Assembly (NCBI GenBank): GCA_964532225.1
Contig: CAZHHM010000001.1
Span: 22,846-86,845, forward strand
Direction of reading: 5' to 3'
Source: an uncultured bacterium
Lineage (GTDB): Bacteria; Margulisbacteria; WOR-1; JAKLHX01
DNA length: 64,000 nucleotides
Made by a program: the position numbers and the translations under genes. Positions 36,910 through 46,703 of this stretch are shown here, one piece after another. The notes under the pieces are model-generated. The model was not told the DNA's origin. It saw only the letters and a list, made by a program, of their open reading frames with translations, and did no database searches. The first letter of the stretch is position 1. Each line of letters opens with the position of its first letter.

Positions 36910-39900
36910 TTATTCGACCTTTATATTTAACGTTTTCATCAGGTTCGAGGCCGTTTCTATCACGATATGCTCTTGCGTTTCCTGCATCAGCTTCTTTATC
37001 GCCATCCTTGCGTTCGCGTCGTTAGGCGAAGCCTTCAGCGTTTCAATGCTCCTTATGGCTATGGTCATCTCAATTTGAGTATACAGCTCCACAAGAAGGT
37101 TCGCCTCATCCCTCCAGGCGTTCTGGAGGCTAATTGACGTGGCTCCCTTTGAATTTATAGCTCCAAGCTTATATAGGGTCGCCTTAAGCGAGTCCCTCAT
37201 TTGATAAAGCCGGTCATAGCCCAGCGTGTCCCTGCCGGCGGCGAGCTCTTCTTTAACGCTCGCATAGTTTTCAAAATCTGCGGTAAGCTGCTCATCCCTC
37301 ATTAACCCGAGGAGCAGCTCATAGACCTCTCTGGTGTGAGCTGCCAGCTCTTTCGGCAGAACGAACTTCTCAGGTATCGATGAAGGTGATAGCCAAGCAC
37401 CGTTCAGGAGCGTTTCGCGGATGTTGTATTCGTGGTTCGATACCATATTCTTGAACTCTTGGGTGACAGTGAAGGCCGTCTTTTTTTCATCCAAAGGAGA
37501 AATAAGCCTTAACGTCTCCAGGCTGGACGTGATGCCTTCTACAACCGAAGAGATACCGTCTTTCAAGGCCTTTGAAGGAGCTTTTGACGGATCTTGAGCC
37601 GCGGATGATTCCACCGACCGATTGCGAACGCTTTTGTCCTCGGTAAGTTTCCTGACGGACGGCAGCTCTTCAATGAACCTGTTCTCGATCGTGCCAAGTT
37701 TCGTCGATGACCTTTGTTTGGCAACTGGCAGACCCTCTCTCTTTTGCAGTGCTTTTGTTTTCATGAGCACAGCAGACTGGTAGCCGGAGAACAGAAGGTT
37801 TATTCCCATTCCTAATCCAGCCAAAGTGCCAAGCTGGTCAAAACCTCCCAGGAGCAGCGATGCCATCGATACCCCTGAAGTTGCCAGGGTGAAGCCTAGG
37901 AGCTTGTTTACCCATTGTTTGTACTCCCTGGGAACAAGAGAGCTGGCCCCGGCGCTCGTCAGCATGAAAGTTCCCATCTGGTTCTGCTCGACATACTGCC
38001 AGTTGGCAGACTTGAAATAACCTGCAAGGAAACCGATCTCCTTCGCGGGATTATCCCATAAGCCGGTCCCCAGCACACCGAAGCCGAGAGAGTTCAATTG
38101 AAGCTTGTAATTCATTGTGGCCGAAGCTGTCTTCGCGGCCCAGGTAGGGATGAACAAAGGTATATCCACAGGGAAAGACAAAATATTCCCCATAGAACCG
38201 TTGTAAACCGGCAGGGAACCAAGTTCTATCATCTTTGCCCAGGCCCATTTGTACCAGGTACGTCCGGCAGTTATCTCCCACATCGCCTCAAGGCTGGCGA
38301 AATAGAAGGGATCAAAGCTGGCCTTAGGGTTAAGGCCTTTAACAAGGTCTTTGGCGATCAGCTTGAACGGCTGCACGAACAGCGTTTCGCTGAATATGTA
38401 CCTTACGGCGTTCTGTACCTTGTACTTGTCAAAGGTCTTTTCTGCCGCCATTATGGCGACCATCTCTTTGATCACATGCATCTTCACTCCGAGCATCCAC
38501 GCTACCATTTCCATCTGGGTGTCCTCGGAAACGCCGACGCCCCAGAACTGACCACCGTAGTTCGACATCTTCTTGAAGTTGTCGCTGTTGGTCTCCATTA
38601 TGTCGGCGAACAGAGGATTGAACAGGAACTCCGCGGACATCATGTGCGTCCTTCCGCTCTGTATGCCTCTGAAGGCCCTGATAGATTTTGCCCTGTTCAA
38701 ACCGAAGTGCTCGCCGAATGCCTTTATCGTGCTGTACATGGCGTTCACCTGCAGGCCGTAGAAGTACGGGTCCCTGGCATATTCGCCCGATATCTCGCCT
38801 ACGTTGCCGAACCTTGTCTGCGGGCCGATAACGGATTTTATTATCCCTTCGATCGCCTGAGAGAACCCGCCTTTATTCTCTTTAAGTATCGCAAAAAGAT
38901 CTCCGATCTCTTCTTCGGTGAGGTCCATCCTGTTGTTCGGGTTGTCCTTGTTCCACGTCTCGATTATCTGCTTAAGCTGGACCACGTTGACCCATTTTAT
39001 CCTTTGGGTCTCTCCAAGGTTCTTTACAAGTCCGTTAGATTCCAGCATTTCCCATACATTGGGATGAGATGACAACAATACCTCTTTGTTGATCTTCTTT
39101 TCGTTGAGCTCCTTGTAGATCTCGCGCAATCTCTCGGGGGTGAGCTCGATCCTGCTGTTCCTGTTCTCTTCTTTTTTGTTCCATTCTTTGATCCAGGTCT
39201 CAAGAGACGCGACAGAAACTACTCTGGCTTTGTCCAGCTCCCAGTGATCGTTGGTTATCTCCGACAAGTTCTTTTCTACAAGATCGCGGGTGGTCTGGTC
39301 TATCCTTGAAAGGTCAATATTGTCCGCTCCCAGGTCAAGCGCCTCTTTATTCGGGAGAGATTTTGATACGGGGACCCATTTATTGCCGATCTTAACTGCA
39401 GATGTGAACAGCTGCGGAGAGACCTTTATTTTACCTTCCGGTAGCTCGGTCCCCTGCGGAAGCTTTATCTCATAGGTGTTCACCTTGTGCACAACAAGGC
39501 AAAGTCTGCCGTTGTGATAGGTATCTATTACAGGGTTATAAGTGTCGGTCGCATCGTCCCTTATGGAGGGGTCGCTCTGATATATGTCGCTAAGCCCTTT
39601 GACGCCCATGTCCTTGTTGTCAAGAAGTGACCTGCCGAAATTATCGGTAAATAATCCCTGTCCCAGTTCAAGCTTTGCCTCCTGTCCATCGGGGACGCCT
39701 TCCGGAGCGAACCTTATGGTGACGCTCTTATCGGGATTTACCCTTACCGAGCGTATCCATCCGAGGTCCGGTATGCTTTCTATTATTTTGGCCTCGGCCT
39801 CGTTCGAGATATTATAAACATAGGCCGATCTGTCATGCTCAAGCCCGTTCTGTTCGAGCCTTCTTTCAATTACAAGCAGCCGGTCGGGAGCAGACCCTCT

Positions 39901-42900
39901 TCTCATTTCAAGAGTGGCCGACACATGTTTTGACGCGTCCAGGGTGACCACAGGGGACAGCAATGTCCCTGTTATTCCCTTGCCGGGCGCCTGTCTAAAG
40001 TAATTGCCCAGATCGATAACGGGTCCTGCGGTGCTTGATCCGTCCTCTCCGAACACTGTTACAAGGCCAAGAGCGGAGCCTTTCCGGACCTCTTTTGCCT
40101 CAGTGCTTTTTTCCGGTCTGACGGGATAGAATATTCCGCCGTCAATGAACGCTTTTCCCGAGTTGTCCACTTCGGTTATCCTGTCGCCTTCTTTGATGCC
40201 TTCGAACCAGGCAGCAGGGATAGGGATGGAAACGCCCCTGGGCAGACATACGCCGTTAATGACTATTTCCTTGCCTTCATTCCTGGTCTCGATATTGTAA
40301 TAACCTCCGCCCACTTCGACATGAGACCTTTCGTTATTGTCGTTAAGCACCTCTTTGGACCTGCCGGTCTTGTTGAACAGCATGGGCCTGTCCCTGTCCT
40401 CACACCGCACAAAACCGAGCGTTCCGTCCTCATAACGTATCCTGTACCATGAAATATCGCCTTCTCTGTCAGGGTTTTGTTTGAAAGCATTGGCCTGCAG
40501 CGTTACTTTTCCGTCCTCTCTGGGCAGTCCGAGAGTCTCAAGATATCTCGGGAAAGCGCTTTCAGGGACCTCCATCTGATAGTTTCCGACGAGCTTAAGT
40601 ACAAGATCGCCTTTAAGATAGAACTTCATCTTTGTGGTAGCGTACAGGTTCTTCCAAAGAGGGCTGTCCTTCTCCGCTTCAGGCACGGCAATTTCCACGG
40701 ACCTTGAGCCGTCGCTGACCGTCATGACCGTCTTGCCTTCATTCCATTTGACCTCGAGCTCTACCTCTTTGTCCGAAAGATTGAAGAAATAAACTATCTT
40801 TTCCCTTATCTTTCCGTACTCCGGTATCCCGAAAGTATTTATAAGGGGATTGACGACCGAGCCGGAATCATTGCCTAAGCCCTTTCCAGAAATGAACTGG
40901 GTCTCCGAAAGCTCGGAATAGTTGAGGATGAGCCTGCGCCTGACCTCTCCTGTCTGCTTGTCGGTTTCGGTGATGACATCAACATCTCTCAGCCTTGCCC
41001 AGTCAACGAGACCGTTCCTCTGGGTCACTATTGCAGACCTGTCGACCTCATATGGGATCATCCTTTGAGCTCCGCCTTCGGGAGAATAGGCAAGCTCGAT
41101 ATTGCCGTTGAGCACATCGACCGAGCTTATCGCTTTTTCGGGATACGGGTTGTTGAAGGTGTAGCGCTTGCCCACAGGGAACCTGTAAACAAGAAGGAGC
41201 GCCTTGTTCTCGCGCTCCCTTTCTAGGAGCGCCTGCTGCTTGGAATAAGTAAAGACCTGTATGTCGTTCTTGTCCATCATGACCGCAGAATAGAAATCAG
41301 GGAAGCATATCGCAAGAGGAGAGGTGATATCGATATGTTCCATCAACGCTTTGTCTGAAGTTTCCGAGCCGGCGAAAGCGAACCTCCTGCCGATCTCATC
41401 TTTGGTTGCATGGGCTTTCTCTTTTGTCGCTTTTTCAAGTATGCCGTTGACCTCGGATTCAATTCTCCTTTGCTCGGCCTCATCTTTCGATATCTCGGCT
41501 CCCAGCCTGAAGGCGTCCTTTTTTGTGTAGAACTTTGATTCGACCAGGCCGTCCTTAGTTATCCAGCCGTTGCTTACGAGGGCATTCCAGACCTTGTCGG
41601 CGTTCTCCCCGAACATGGACCGGTCCACTTTTCCTCTTGTATAGAATCCCGCTATCTCGGGCTGCTTAAGCTGGTCCTTGTCGCTCACCCAGAAATAATC
41701 GCCTGCCGCGATCTTCGTTTCCCTGCCGTTGATCACTATCCTCTTTATGCCGGTGCTGCCTTTTTCAAATCCTGTCGTCTTTGACGGGTCGTTATCTGTT
41801 CTGGCGACATAGTCAGAAGTAGAAAGATAGGCTTCGTTCTCCTTTTGAAGGTCCTGCAGCACCCTTTCCGCCTTTATCCAGATATACTTGGAGGCCTCCA
41901 TGGTGCCGGGTTTTGCTCCATACCTGAACTCAGGGTTCTGTACCCTTGTCCATGTGCCGGTCACCCAGTCCACGGTAGGATAGTTCTTGTTCTCGACCTT
42001 CCAGAGCTTATATACCGTAAGCCCCCTGAAAAGGCCTATAGTGGCCACGTTCTCGACCTTCCTTACTTTCCAGTCATCGTGGTTCATTTCTTTTCTCGCG
42101 ATGAACGGATATGTGACGAAGTCAGGATCGAACCTCTTCATGAGGTTCTCATAATCGCGGTAAAAATCCGCTTCGGCTTGAGCGGTGTATGACCCTGAGA
42201 CCGCGAAAGAGCTCCGCGCCTTATCGCGCAGGGACCTGGCTAGAGACCTGTATTCGGACACTCTGGCATCCAGCTGCTCGAAGGCGGCGTTGAAGGCTTC
42301 TTCAGTATATTCCTCATACATCACAGCGAACAGCATCTGCACATACTCTCTCTGGCGGACGTCAGAGATCTCTTTTTTGGCCAGCTCCTCAACATTAATT
42401 TTGCTCTTTGGCCTTAGTTTTCCGGAAACCACATCAAAGAATATGGCAAGCTTTTCAGGCTTATTCAGCTCGGGAGCATTCGCAAGAACGGTCTCTTTGG
42501 AGAAAAGCTTCAGCTCCGGTTTTCCTTTGAATTTTCCATGTATGTCCTCTTGCAAAAATGCCTTAAGCTCCCCGCCCATATATGAGGCAAGCGATTCAAG
42601 GTTGGCGGCAAGGGCCTCAAATTTCTCTGATACTGACATATTTGCAAGGCCCTGTATCTCAAGCTTATTTGTGAGCGCTCTTTGTATATCGCTGATCCAT
42701 CTGAGGAACATCTTTTCTATTTTCACGTTCCCAAGGTCTGCCTGCGGTATCTTGTCAAGCATGTTTACAAAGCTTACATTGGGCTTGCCCATGAGAAGGG
42801 CAGTGAAGAGAGCTCCCTTGGTATGCTCCACGTTGCCTGTGTCCGGATTGATGAGCAGGACCTTTTTATCGTCTGAATATCGCTTGGTCTCCTGCCTGCC

Positions 42901-44484
42901 TATGATGTCCCTGCTCGGTGCCCTGAGCGAAGCCAAATGGCCGAGAGATGTGTTCATCGAATGGAAGGAGCCGTGTAATTCGCTGGCGAACAGCGTTAAG
43001 AAAGACGACCAGAATGTGCCGTAAAGGAACGCAGGCATCAGCGAACCCTCGGCGGCCCCGGCCAGGAGGGACAGCCCTGCTCCTCCGGCGAACCCGAGGT
43101 AGGGAAGCCTGGTCATAAAAGCGTCCCTTGAGGTCATCTTGAACCATTTTGAGGACTGCTCTTTTTCGGACCATTTCCAGCCCGGAAGCCATGATGAGGG
43201 CATGTTCCTAAGACCTACTGTTGCGCCCAGGGCGATAACAGGTAAAGCTATCGATAGCGGCGTCAGCCAGCTCAATGCGCTGGTCCCGCTCATCGCATTT
43301 TCAAAAAGCAGCCATGAAGAACCGCCGAAAAGAGTGGCCCTAGCGGCAAGATAGGTGCTTTCGGTGAACACGGCGCGCACGGCGGAGCCGGTCATTTTCC
43401 TCATCAGCCACCGTTCTCCGGGATTGGTCTGCCCTCCGTAAGAGCGGTCAAGCTCGTTGAGCTTATCGTTCTTCAGGTGACGGTAATATGCGTACAACCC
43501 GCCCATTAGACCGAACGTCGAGAAAGGCGATATGTCCTGGAACCCGTTCTGTATGTCGAAACCGTGGGACATAAGGGTGTTCCCGAATACTACCGAACCA
43601 GCAAGGACGGCCAAAGGACGGCCGTAGGTGGACAGGTATGAAGCGAACCTCTTTGCCGAACCTTCGGGAAGACGGTCAGCGAACCTGGCCGAGACCAGGG
43701 ACAATCCGCCGAATGCTGCAACTGCAGAGGTGAACAGATCAAAATTCAGGAGCGTGTTGGTCACCGCAAGTACGCCTGCCGTGCCCAGCGTCATTGAAAG
43801 CCCGAACTTGAAAGAGGTCTTTGTAACGGTCTTTGGCGAAAGCCACGACACCCCGAAGAACTCGTGGTTCCAGAAGCCTGAGGCTTTTGCCGTAGTATAG
43901 CTCAGAGCTTTCAGCGCGGTGTATTGTCTGGTGACCGGATTGTCGGCAGGGTCAAGCTCTATCTTTAATGACGCCTTAAGCTCTTCAAGTCTGCTTGGCC
44001 TGGTAAAGAGAGAGATGTCCCCGATGGTCAGCCCCGAGGCAGCGGCATCCTTACTTACTATCCCGGCAGATGCCAGGGACCCTGAGAACAGGCCGGGTTC
44101 GAGCTCTTTCTGGTTCATGATATTCTCGAACAATATTGTCCTGTCGGCGAACCCCATGAATTTGAGCGGAGAAAGAGCGCTTGCTATCCCCGAAAGATTG
44201 AACCTTGGCAGAACGGGATTGTCTTCAGGGCTGAGGTTTATCCCTTCAGTCCTCCAAAGAAGGTCAAGGCGTCTGCCGGTGACGGTCCGTGAGATATCGC
44301 CGATCCCCATCCGGTCGATAGGGGTGAGCTCGTTGGTTATACCGAAGCGGTAAAGGGTCTCATGGGAGATATTGCTATTTCTGATATTGTCCAGCAGGCG
44401 GGTGCGGTCGGCAAAGCCCAGGCCTATGCCGTGCCTTGCAGGGCCTCTGTCAACGCCTCTGGTAAAACTGCCTGTTCCTGTCAT
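36910..44484 (-). CDS. Giant hypothetical integral membrane protein (2524 aa): N-terminal cluster of TM helices, ~1700-aa soluble middle region, C-terminal TM helix cluster
   Basis: Hydrophobic helices near the N-terminus (GLSMTLGTAGVLAVTNTLL, ALSWLTPLSIALPVIALGATVGL, LPYLGFAGGAGLSLLAGAAEG) and near the C-terminus (NSLGFGVLGTGLW, LLGFTLATSGVSMASLLLGGF). SD GAGGGGG 6 nt upstream of the ATG. First gene after a 220-bp AT-rich gap. Confidence 0.65.
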   Translation of the reverse strand: MTGTGSFTRGVDRGPARHGIGLGFADRTRLLDNIRNSNISHETLYRFGITNELTPIDRMGIGDISRTVTGRRLDLLWRTEGINLSPEDNPVLPRFNLSGIASALSPLKFMGFADRTILFENIMNQKELEPGLFSGSLASAGIVSKDAAASGLTIGDISLFTRPSRLEELKASLKIELDPADNPVTRQYTALKALSYTTAKASGFWNHEFFGVSWLSPKTVTKTSFKFGLSMTLGTAGVLAVTNTLLNFDLFTSAVAAFGGLSLVSARFADRLPEGSAKRFASYLSTYGRPLAVLAGSVVFGNTLMSHGFDIQNGFQDISPFSTFGLMGGLYAYYRHLKNDKLNELDRSYGGQTNPGERWLMRKMTGSAVRAVFTESTYLAARATLFGGSSWLLFENAMSGTSALSWLTPLSIALPVIALGATVGLRNMPSSWLPGWKWSEKEQSSKWFKMTSRDAFMTRLPYLGFAGGAGLSLLAGAAEGSLMPAFLYGTFWSSFLTLFASELHGSFHSMNTSLGHLASLRAPSRDIIGRQETKRYSDDKKVLLINPDTGNVEHTKGALFTALLMGKPNVSFVNMLDKIPQADLGNVKIEKMFLRWISDIQRALTNKLEIQGLANMSVSEKFEALAANLESLASYMGGELKAFLQEDIHGKFKGKPELKLFSKETVLANAPELNKPEKLAIFFDVVSGKLRPKSKINVEELAKKEISDVRQREYVQMLFAVMYEEYTEEAFNAAFEQLDARVSEYRSLARSLRDKARSSFAVSGSYTAQAEADFYRDYENLMKRFDPDFVTYPFIARKEMNHDDWKVRKVENVATIGLFRGLTVYKLWKVENKNYPTVDWVTGTWTRVQNPEFRYGAKPGTMEASKYIWIKAERVLQDLQKENEAYLSTSDYVARTDNDPSKTTGFEKGSTGIKRIVINGRETKIAAGDYFWVSDKDQLKQPEIAGFYTRGKVDRSMFGENADKVWNALVSNGWITKDGLVESKFYTKKDAFRLGAEISKDEAEQRRIESEVNGILEKATKEKAHATKDEIGRRFAFAGSETSDKALMEHIDITSPLAICFPDFYSAVMMDKNDIQVFTYSKQQALLERERENKALLLVYRFPVGKRYTFNNPYPEKAISSVDVLNGNIELAYSPEGGAQRMIPYEVDRSAIVTQRNGLVDWARLRDVDVITETDKQTGEVRRRLILNYSELSETQFISGKGLGNDSGSVVNPLINTFGIPEYGKIREKIVYFFNLSDKEVELEVKWNEGKTVMTVSDGSRSVEIAVPEAEKDSPLWKNLYATTKMKFYLKGDLVLKLVGNYQMEVPESAFPRYLETLGLPREDGKVTLQANAFKQNPDREGDISWYRIRYEDGTLGFVRCEDRDRPMLFNKTGRSKEVLNDNNERSHVEVGGGYYNIETRNEGKEIVINGVCLPRGVSIPIPAAWFEGIKEGDRITEVDNSGKAFIDGGIFYPVRPEKSTEAKEVRKGSALGLVTVFGEDGSSTAGPVIDLGNYFRQAPGKGITGTLLSPVVTLDASKHVSATLEMRRGSAPDRLLVIERRLEQNGLEHDRSAYVYNISNEAEAKIIESIPDLGWIRSVRVNPDKSVTIRFAPEGVPDGQEAKLELGQGLFTDNFGRSLLDNKDMGVKGLSDIYQSDPSIRDDATDTYNPVIDTYHNGRLCLVVHKVNTYEIKLPQGTELPEGKIKVSPQLFTSAVKIGNKWVPVSKSLPNKEALDLGADNIDLSRIDQTTRDLVEKNLSEITNDHWELDKARVVSVASLETWIKEWNKKEENRNSRIELTPERLREIYKELNEKKINKEVLLSSHPNVWEMLESNGLVKNLGETQRIKWVNVVQLKQIIETWNKDNPNNRMDLTEEEIGDLFAILKENKGGFSQAIEGIIKSVIGPQTRFGNVGEISGEYARDPYFYGLQVNAMYSTIKAFGEHFGLNRAKSIRAFRGIQSGRTHMMSAEFLFNPLFADIMETNSDNFKKMSNYGGQFWGVGVSEDTQMEMVAWMLGVKMHVIKEMVAIMAAEKTFDKYKVQNAVRYIFSETLFVQPFKLIAKDLVKGLNPKASFDPFYFASLEAMWEITAGRTWYKWAWAKMIELGSLPVYNGSMGNILSFPVDIPLFIPTWAAKTASATMNYKLQLNSLGFGVLGTGLWDNPAKEIGFLAGYFKSANWQYVEQNQMGTFMLTSAGASSLVPREYKQWVNKLLGFTLATSGVSMASLLLGGFDQLGTLAGLGMGINLLFSGYQSAVLMKTKALQKREGLPVAKQRSSTKLGTIENRFIEELPSVRKLTEDKSVRNRSVESSAAQDPSKAPSKALKDGISSVVEGITSSLETLRLISPLDEKKTAFTVTQEFKNMVSNHEYNIRETLLNGAWLSPSSIPEKFVLPKELAAHTREVYELLLGLMRDEQLTADFENYASVKEELAAGRDTLGYDRLYQMRDSLKATLYKLGAINSKGATSISLQNAWRDEANLLVELYTQIEMTIAIRSIETLKASPNDANARMAIKKLMQETQEHIVIETASNLMKTLNIKVE

Positions 44485-44611
44485 TGCCAGCCCCCTCTAT
44501 ATATATATCGATAAGAACCATCCGGAATCCCAGTCCCGGAAACCCCCGTTCCGTGACTTCTTATATATAACGGGTTTAACTATTAAAAACTTGCATAAGA
44601 TTTACAATTCC

Positions 44612-44644
44612 TTAATAGTCGAACCTTAACATCTCTTCGTTCAT
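44612..44644 (-). other. Possible 10-codon upstream ORF (MNEEMLRFDY) with a perfect SD GGAGGGAGG, in the 5' leader of the giant operon
   Basis: Minus-strand reading ggagggaggtATGAACGAAGAGATGTTAAGGTTCGACTATTAA, 128 nt upstream of the 2524-aa gene ATG. Confidence 0.2.
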
Positions 44645-44705
44645 ACCTCCCTCCGATTTCACGGAATATTAGGGTGTCCCGAAGATTTTTCAAGGCAAGC
44701 ACGAA

Positions 44706-45701
44706 CTATCTGTTACGAGGACCCCGTTTCCCCAGGCTTGAGCCTTCCAGCCCGTCAGCTATCACTATGGTCTGGTATGCCATAAAGGTCTTTCCGAAAG
44801 CCACGCAATAGTATGTCCCGGGCTCAGCCATCTTGCCGTTGTCGTATAGGCCGTCCCAGTATACGAACTGCTCTCCCACGGAGCGTGACACCGATTCTCC
44901 TATTGTCCTGACGATATTGCCTTCGGTATTGTTCGTCCTTAGTGCGTTATAGATCGACCGTTTTGCCGAGAGGGCCCAGTTGAACTTGAGGAAGTCCTTG
45001 GTCTCTTTGGTAAGGTCAGAGTATTCCACCAGCCTTGTAAACCCTTCTTTCGTTTCGATATCCGAGGTAGAAGAGCCGGTAAAGAGATCACCGAGCCGGT
45101 CTATCATTTCGGGGCATGAAAGAAGCAGCCTTTCTTTATCAAAAACAACGTTCCTGGCAAAGCTCACGGGGATGTTGATCTCCCTTGCATCATCGATAAG
45201 AGCGTATTTCGGGGTAACGTTCCCGTCCCTGTCGACATACCCGTTGTTCAGCATTGCCTTCCACATTTCTTCAACCTGCCCGGATACTCTTTCTTTCAGA
45301 CATCCGACATCAAGCGTCCATTTGTATATCCTGATGGTGATGGAGTCAGGCTTGATCAAATGGTAGGAGAGGACCTCGATCTCGTTCTTTGCCATTCCGC
45401 CGGGATCATCATCTTCTCCATCCATTTTCCAGCCTTTCGTGGTCCACACCGCCATTACCGGCTTCTTGATCTTAGTGTCCACGATGGAGCTCATCGTCTG
45501 GGACCTGTCGGCCAGCTCATAACCCGCGAGATACGTCTCCATTTCTTTCGCGAGCCTGACGGAGTATTTGGCACAGGCGGCTACCGCGGAGTCCCTTTCC
45601 TTTACCAGGTCCAGAACGCCGTTCCTGTTGCCGAAATGGTCTCCGTTCGTGAGGAACGTCCGGAATTCTTTGGGGGCCTCGGATATTTTTAATGATGACA
45701 T
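44706..45701 (-). CDS. Hypothetical protein (331 aa) with conserved N-terminal ISEAPK/GN-NG module and C-terminal FlgD-Ig/T9SS-CTD-like beta-sandwich
   Basis: N-terminus MSSLKISEAPKEF...FGNRNGVLD is paralogous to the 924-aa protein N-terminus. C-terminus VYWDGLYDNGKMAEPGTYYCVAF. Contains the MWKAMLNNGYVDRDGNVTPKY module. Confidence 0.55.
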   Translation of the reverse strand: MSSLKISEAPKEFRTFLTNGDHFGNRNGVLDLVKERDSAVAACAKYSVRLAKEMETYLAGYELADRSQTMSSIVDTKIKKPVMAVWTTKGWKMDGEDDDPGGMAKNEIEVLSYHLIKPDSITIRIYKWTLDVGCLKERVSGQVEEMWKAMLNNGYVDRDGNVTPKYALIDDAREINIPVSFARNVVFDKERLLLSCPEMIDRLGDLFTGSSTSDIETKEGFTRLVEYSDLTKETKDFLKFNWALSAKRSIYNALRTNNTEGNIVRTIGESVSRSVGEQFVYWDGLYDNGKMAEPGTYYCVAFGKTFMAYQTIVIADGLEGSSLGKRGPRNR

Positions 45702-45716
45702 GATATTCTCCTTTGC

Positions 45717-46703
45717 TTATTTATCGATAGAAGGGACAAACCCCCATTCGGTTCCAAAGAACGGATAGAACAACGGGTTCAGTTTTGAAGAAAACTCAGC
45801 CTTTACCCCTGCAAAAAGGGAGATCCTGACCTTTTTACTGTAAAAACCGGATACCAGGTCCGTTATGACCGCGGCTGATACAACAAGCGGGCGGATGAAG
45901 CGTTTGTCGCCGGGCTGCACCGCGGAAGTCAGCTCCAGCACGGTCTCGGGAACAGAATTATCCACGGATAAGTATTTGTAGAACGGAGTAAATCTGCCGG
46001 AGATGCCGATGTTAAAAGTCTCCTTGTTATACTCCAACAGATCGCGCGAGTTTATCTCGGCAAAGAGTCCGGCAAACAGTCCATGGCCCGAGACATTCCA
46101 GAACCTGCCGGTCAGGAACTTTACCCCGAGGAGGTTCTTAGGGGTCCTTATGAAGAAATCCACTGCCCAGGAATTTAGCAGTTCGGGCTCGTCGTCTTTC
46201 TCGGCTTTCTCGACTAATGTTGCTGCCGGAACAGAGGAATACGGGAACCCGGTGTTTTCTTCTTCGCCGATATAGGGCGCTTCCGGAAGGTCCATCACAG
46301 GAGGGCAATCACATCCTTTTTTTTCTTCTGTTCCGGTCTGCTGAGCGGCAGGTGCTCCGGCGCAGACGCCCTGTCCGGCAAAGAGCTTGCCGCCCGGGAA
46401 CATATCAGGGTCAAGGCCCGGATGCCTTTTCAGCAAAGCAGCTTTGGTGTCGCCTTTTTGGACCACAGCGCATTCACCGCTCATATCCGGTATCATAAGC
46501 AGTTGCCCGACCCGGAGCCTGTCGATATCCTTAAGAGGTATATCGCTTGATCTGGCGATATACTCCATCGGCACATTGTGCCTCCTGGCAATTTTTGCAA
46601 GAGTATCTCCTTTTTTCACCTTGTATCCGGTAAAGACATACCGGGACGGCTCAAATGAACCGTAGGCCTTTCCCATCGACCTGACATAAGGATGTTCGCT
46701 CAT
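45717..46703 (-). CDS. LysM domain protein with beta-rich C-terminal half
   Basis: YKVKKGDTLAKIARRHNVPMEYI....LRVGQLLMIP is a canonical LysM, followed by a second degenerate LysM-like stretch; 328 aa; no signal peptide. Confidence 0.7.
   Translation of the reverse strand: MSEHPYVRSMGKAYGSFEPSRYVFTGYKVKKGDTLAKIARRHNVPMEYIARSSDIPLKDIDRLRVGQLLMIPDMSGECAVVQKGDTKAALLKRHPGLDPDMFPGGKLFAGQGVCAGAPAAQQTGTEEKKGCDCPPVMDLPEAPYIGEEENTGFPYSSVPAATLVEKAEKDDEPELLNSWAVDFFIRTPKNLLGVKFLTGRFWNVSGHGLFAGLFAEINSRDLLEYNKETFNIGISGRFTPFYKYLSVDNSVPETVLELTSAVQPGDKRFIRPLVVSAAVITDLVSGFYSKKVRISLFAGVKAEFSSKLNPLFYPFFGTEWGFVPSIDK

Noticed and set aside
38098-39072. 324-aa plus-strand ORF inside the 2524-aa gene
   Set aside because: Antisense to a much longer, motif-bearing ORF. 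Its composition is typical of GC-rich antisense frames, and it has no RBS or recognisable motif.
36910-44484. Idea that the 2524-aa protein is an FKS/GT48-type beta-1,3-glucan synthase, or a phage tape-measure protein
   Set aside because: Only the gross topology fits. I could not find hot-spot or catalytic motifs of GT48/GT2. There are no phage capsid, portal, terminase, sheath or tube genes nearby. Kept only as a hypothesis to test.
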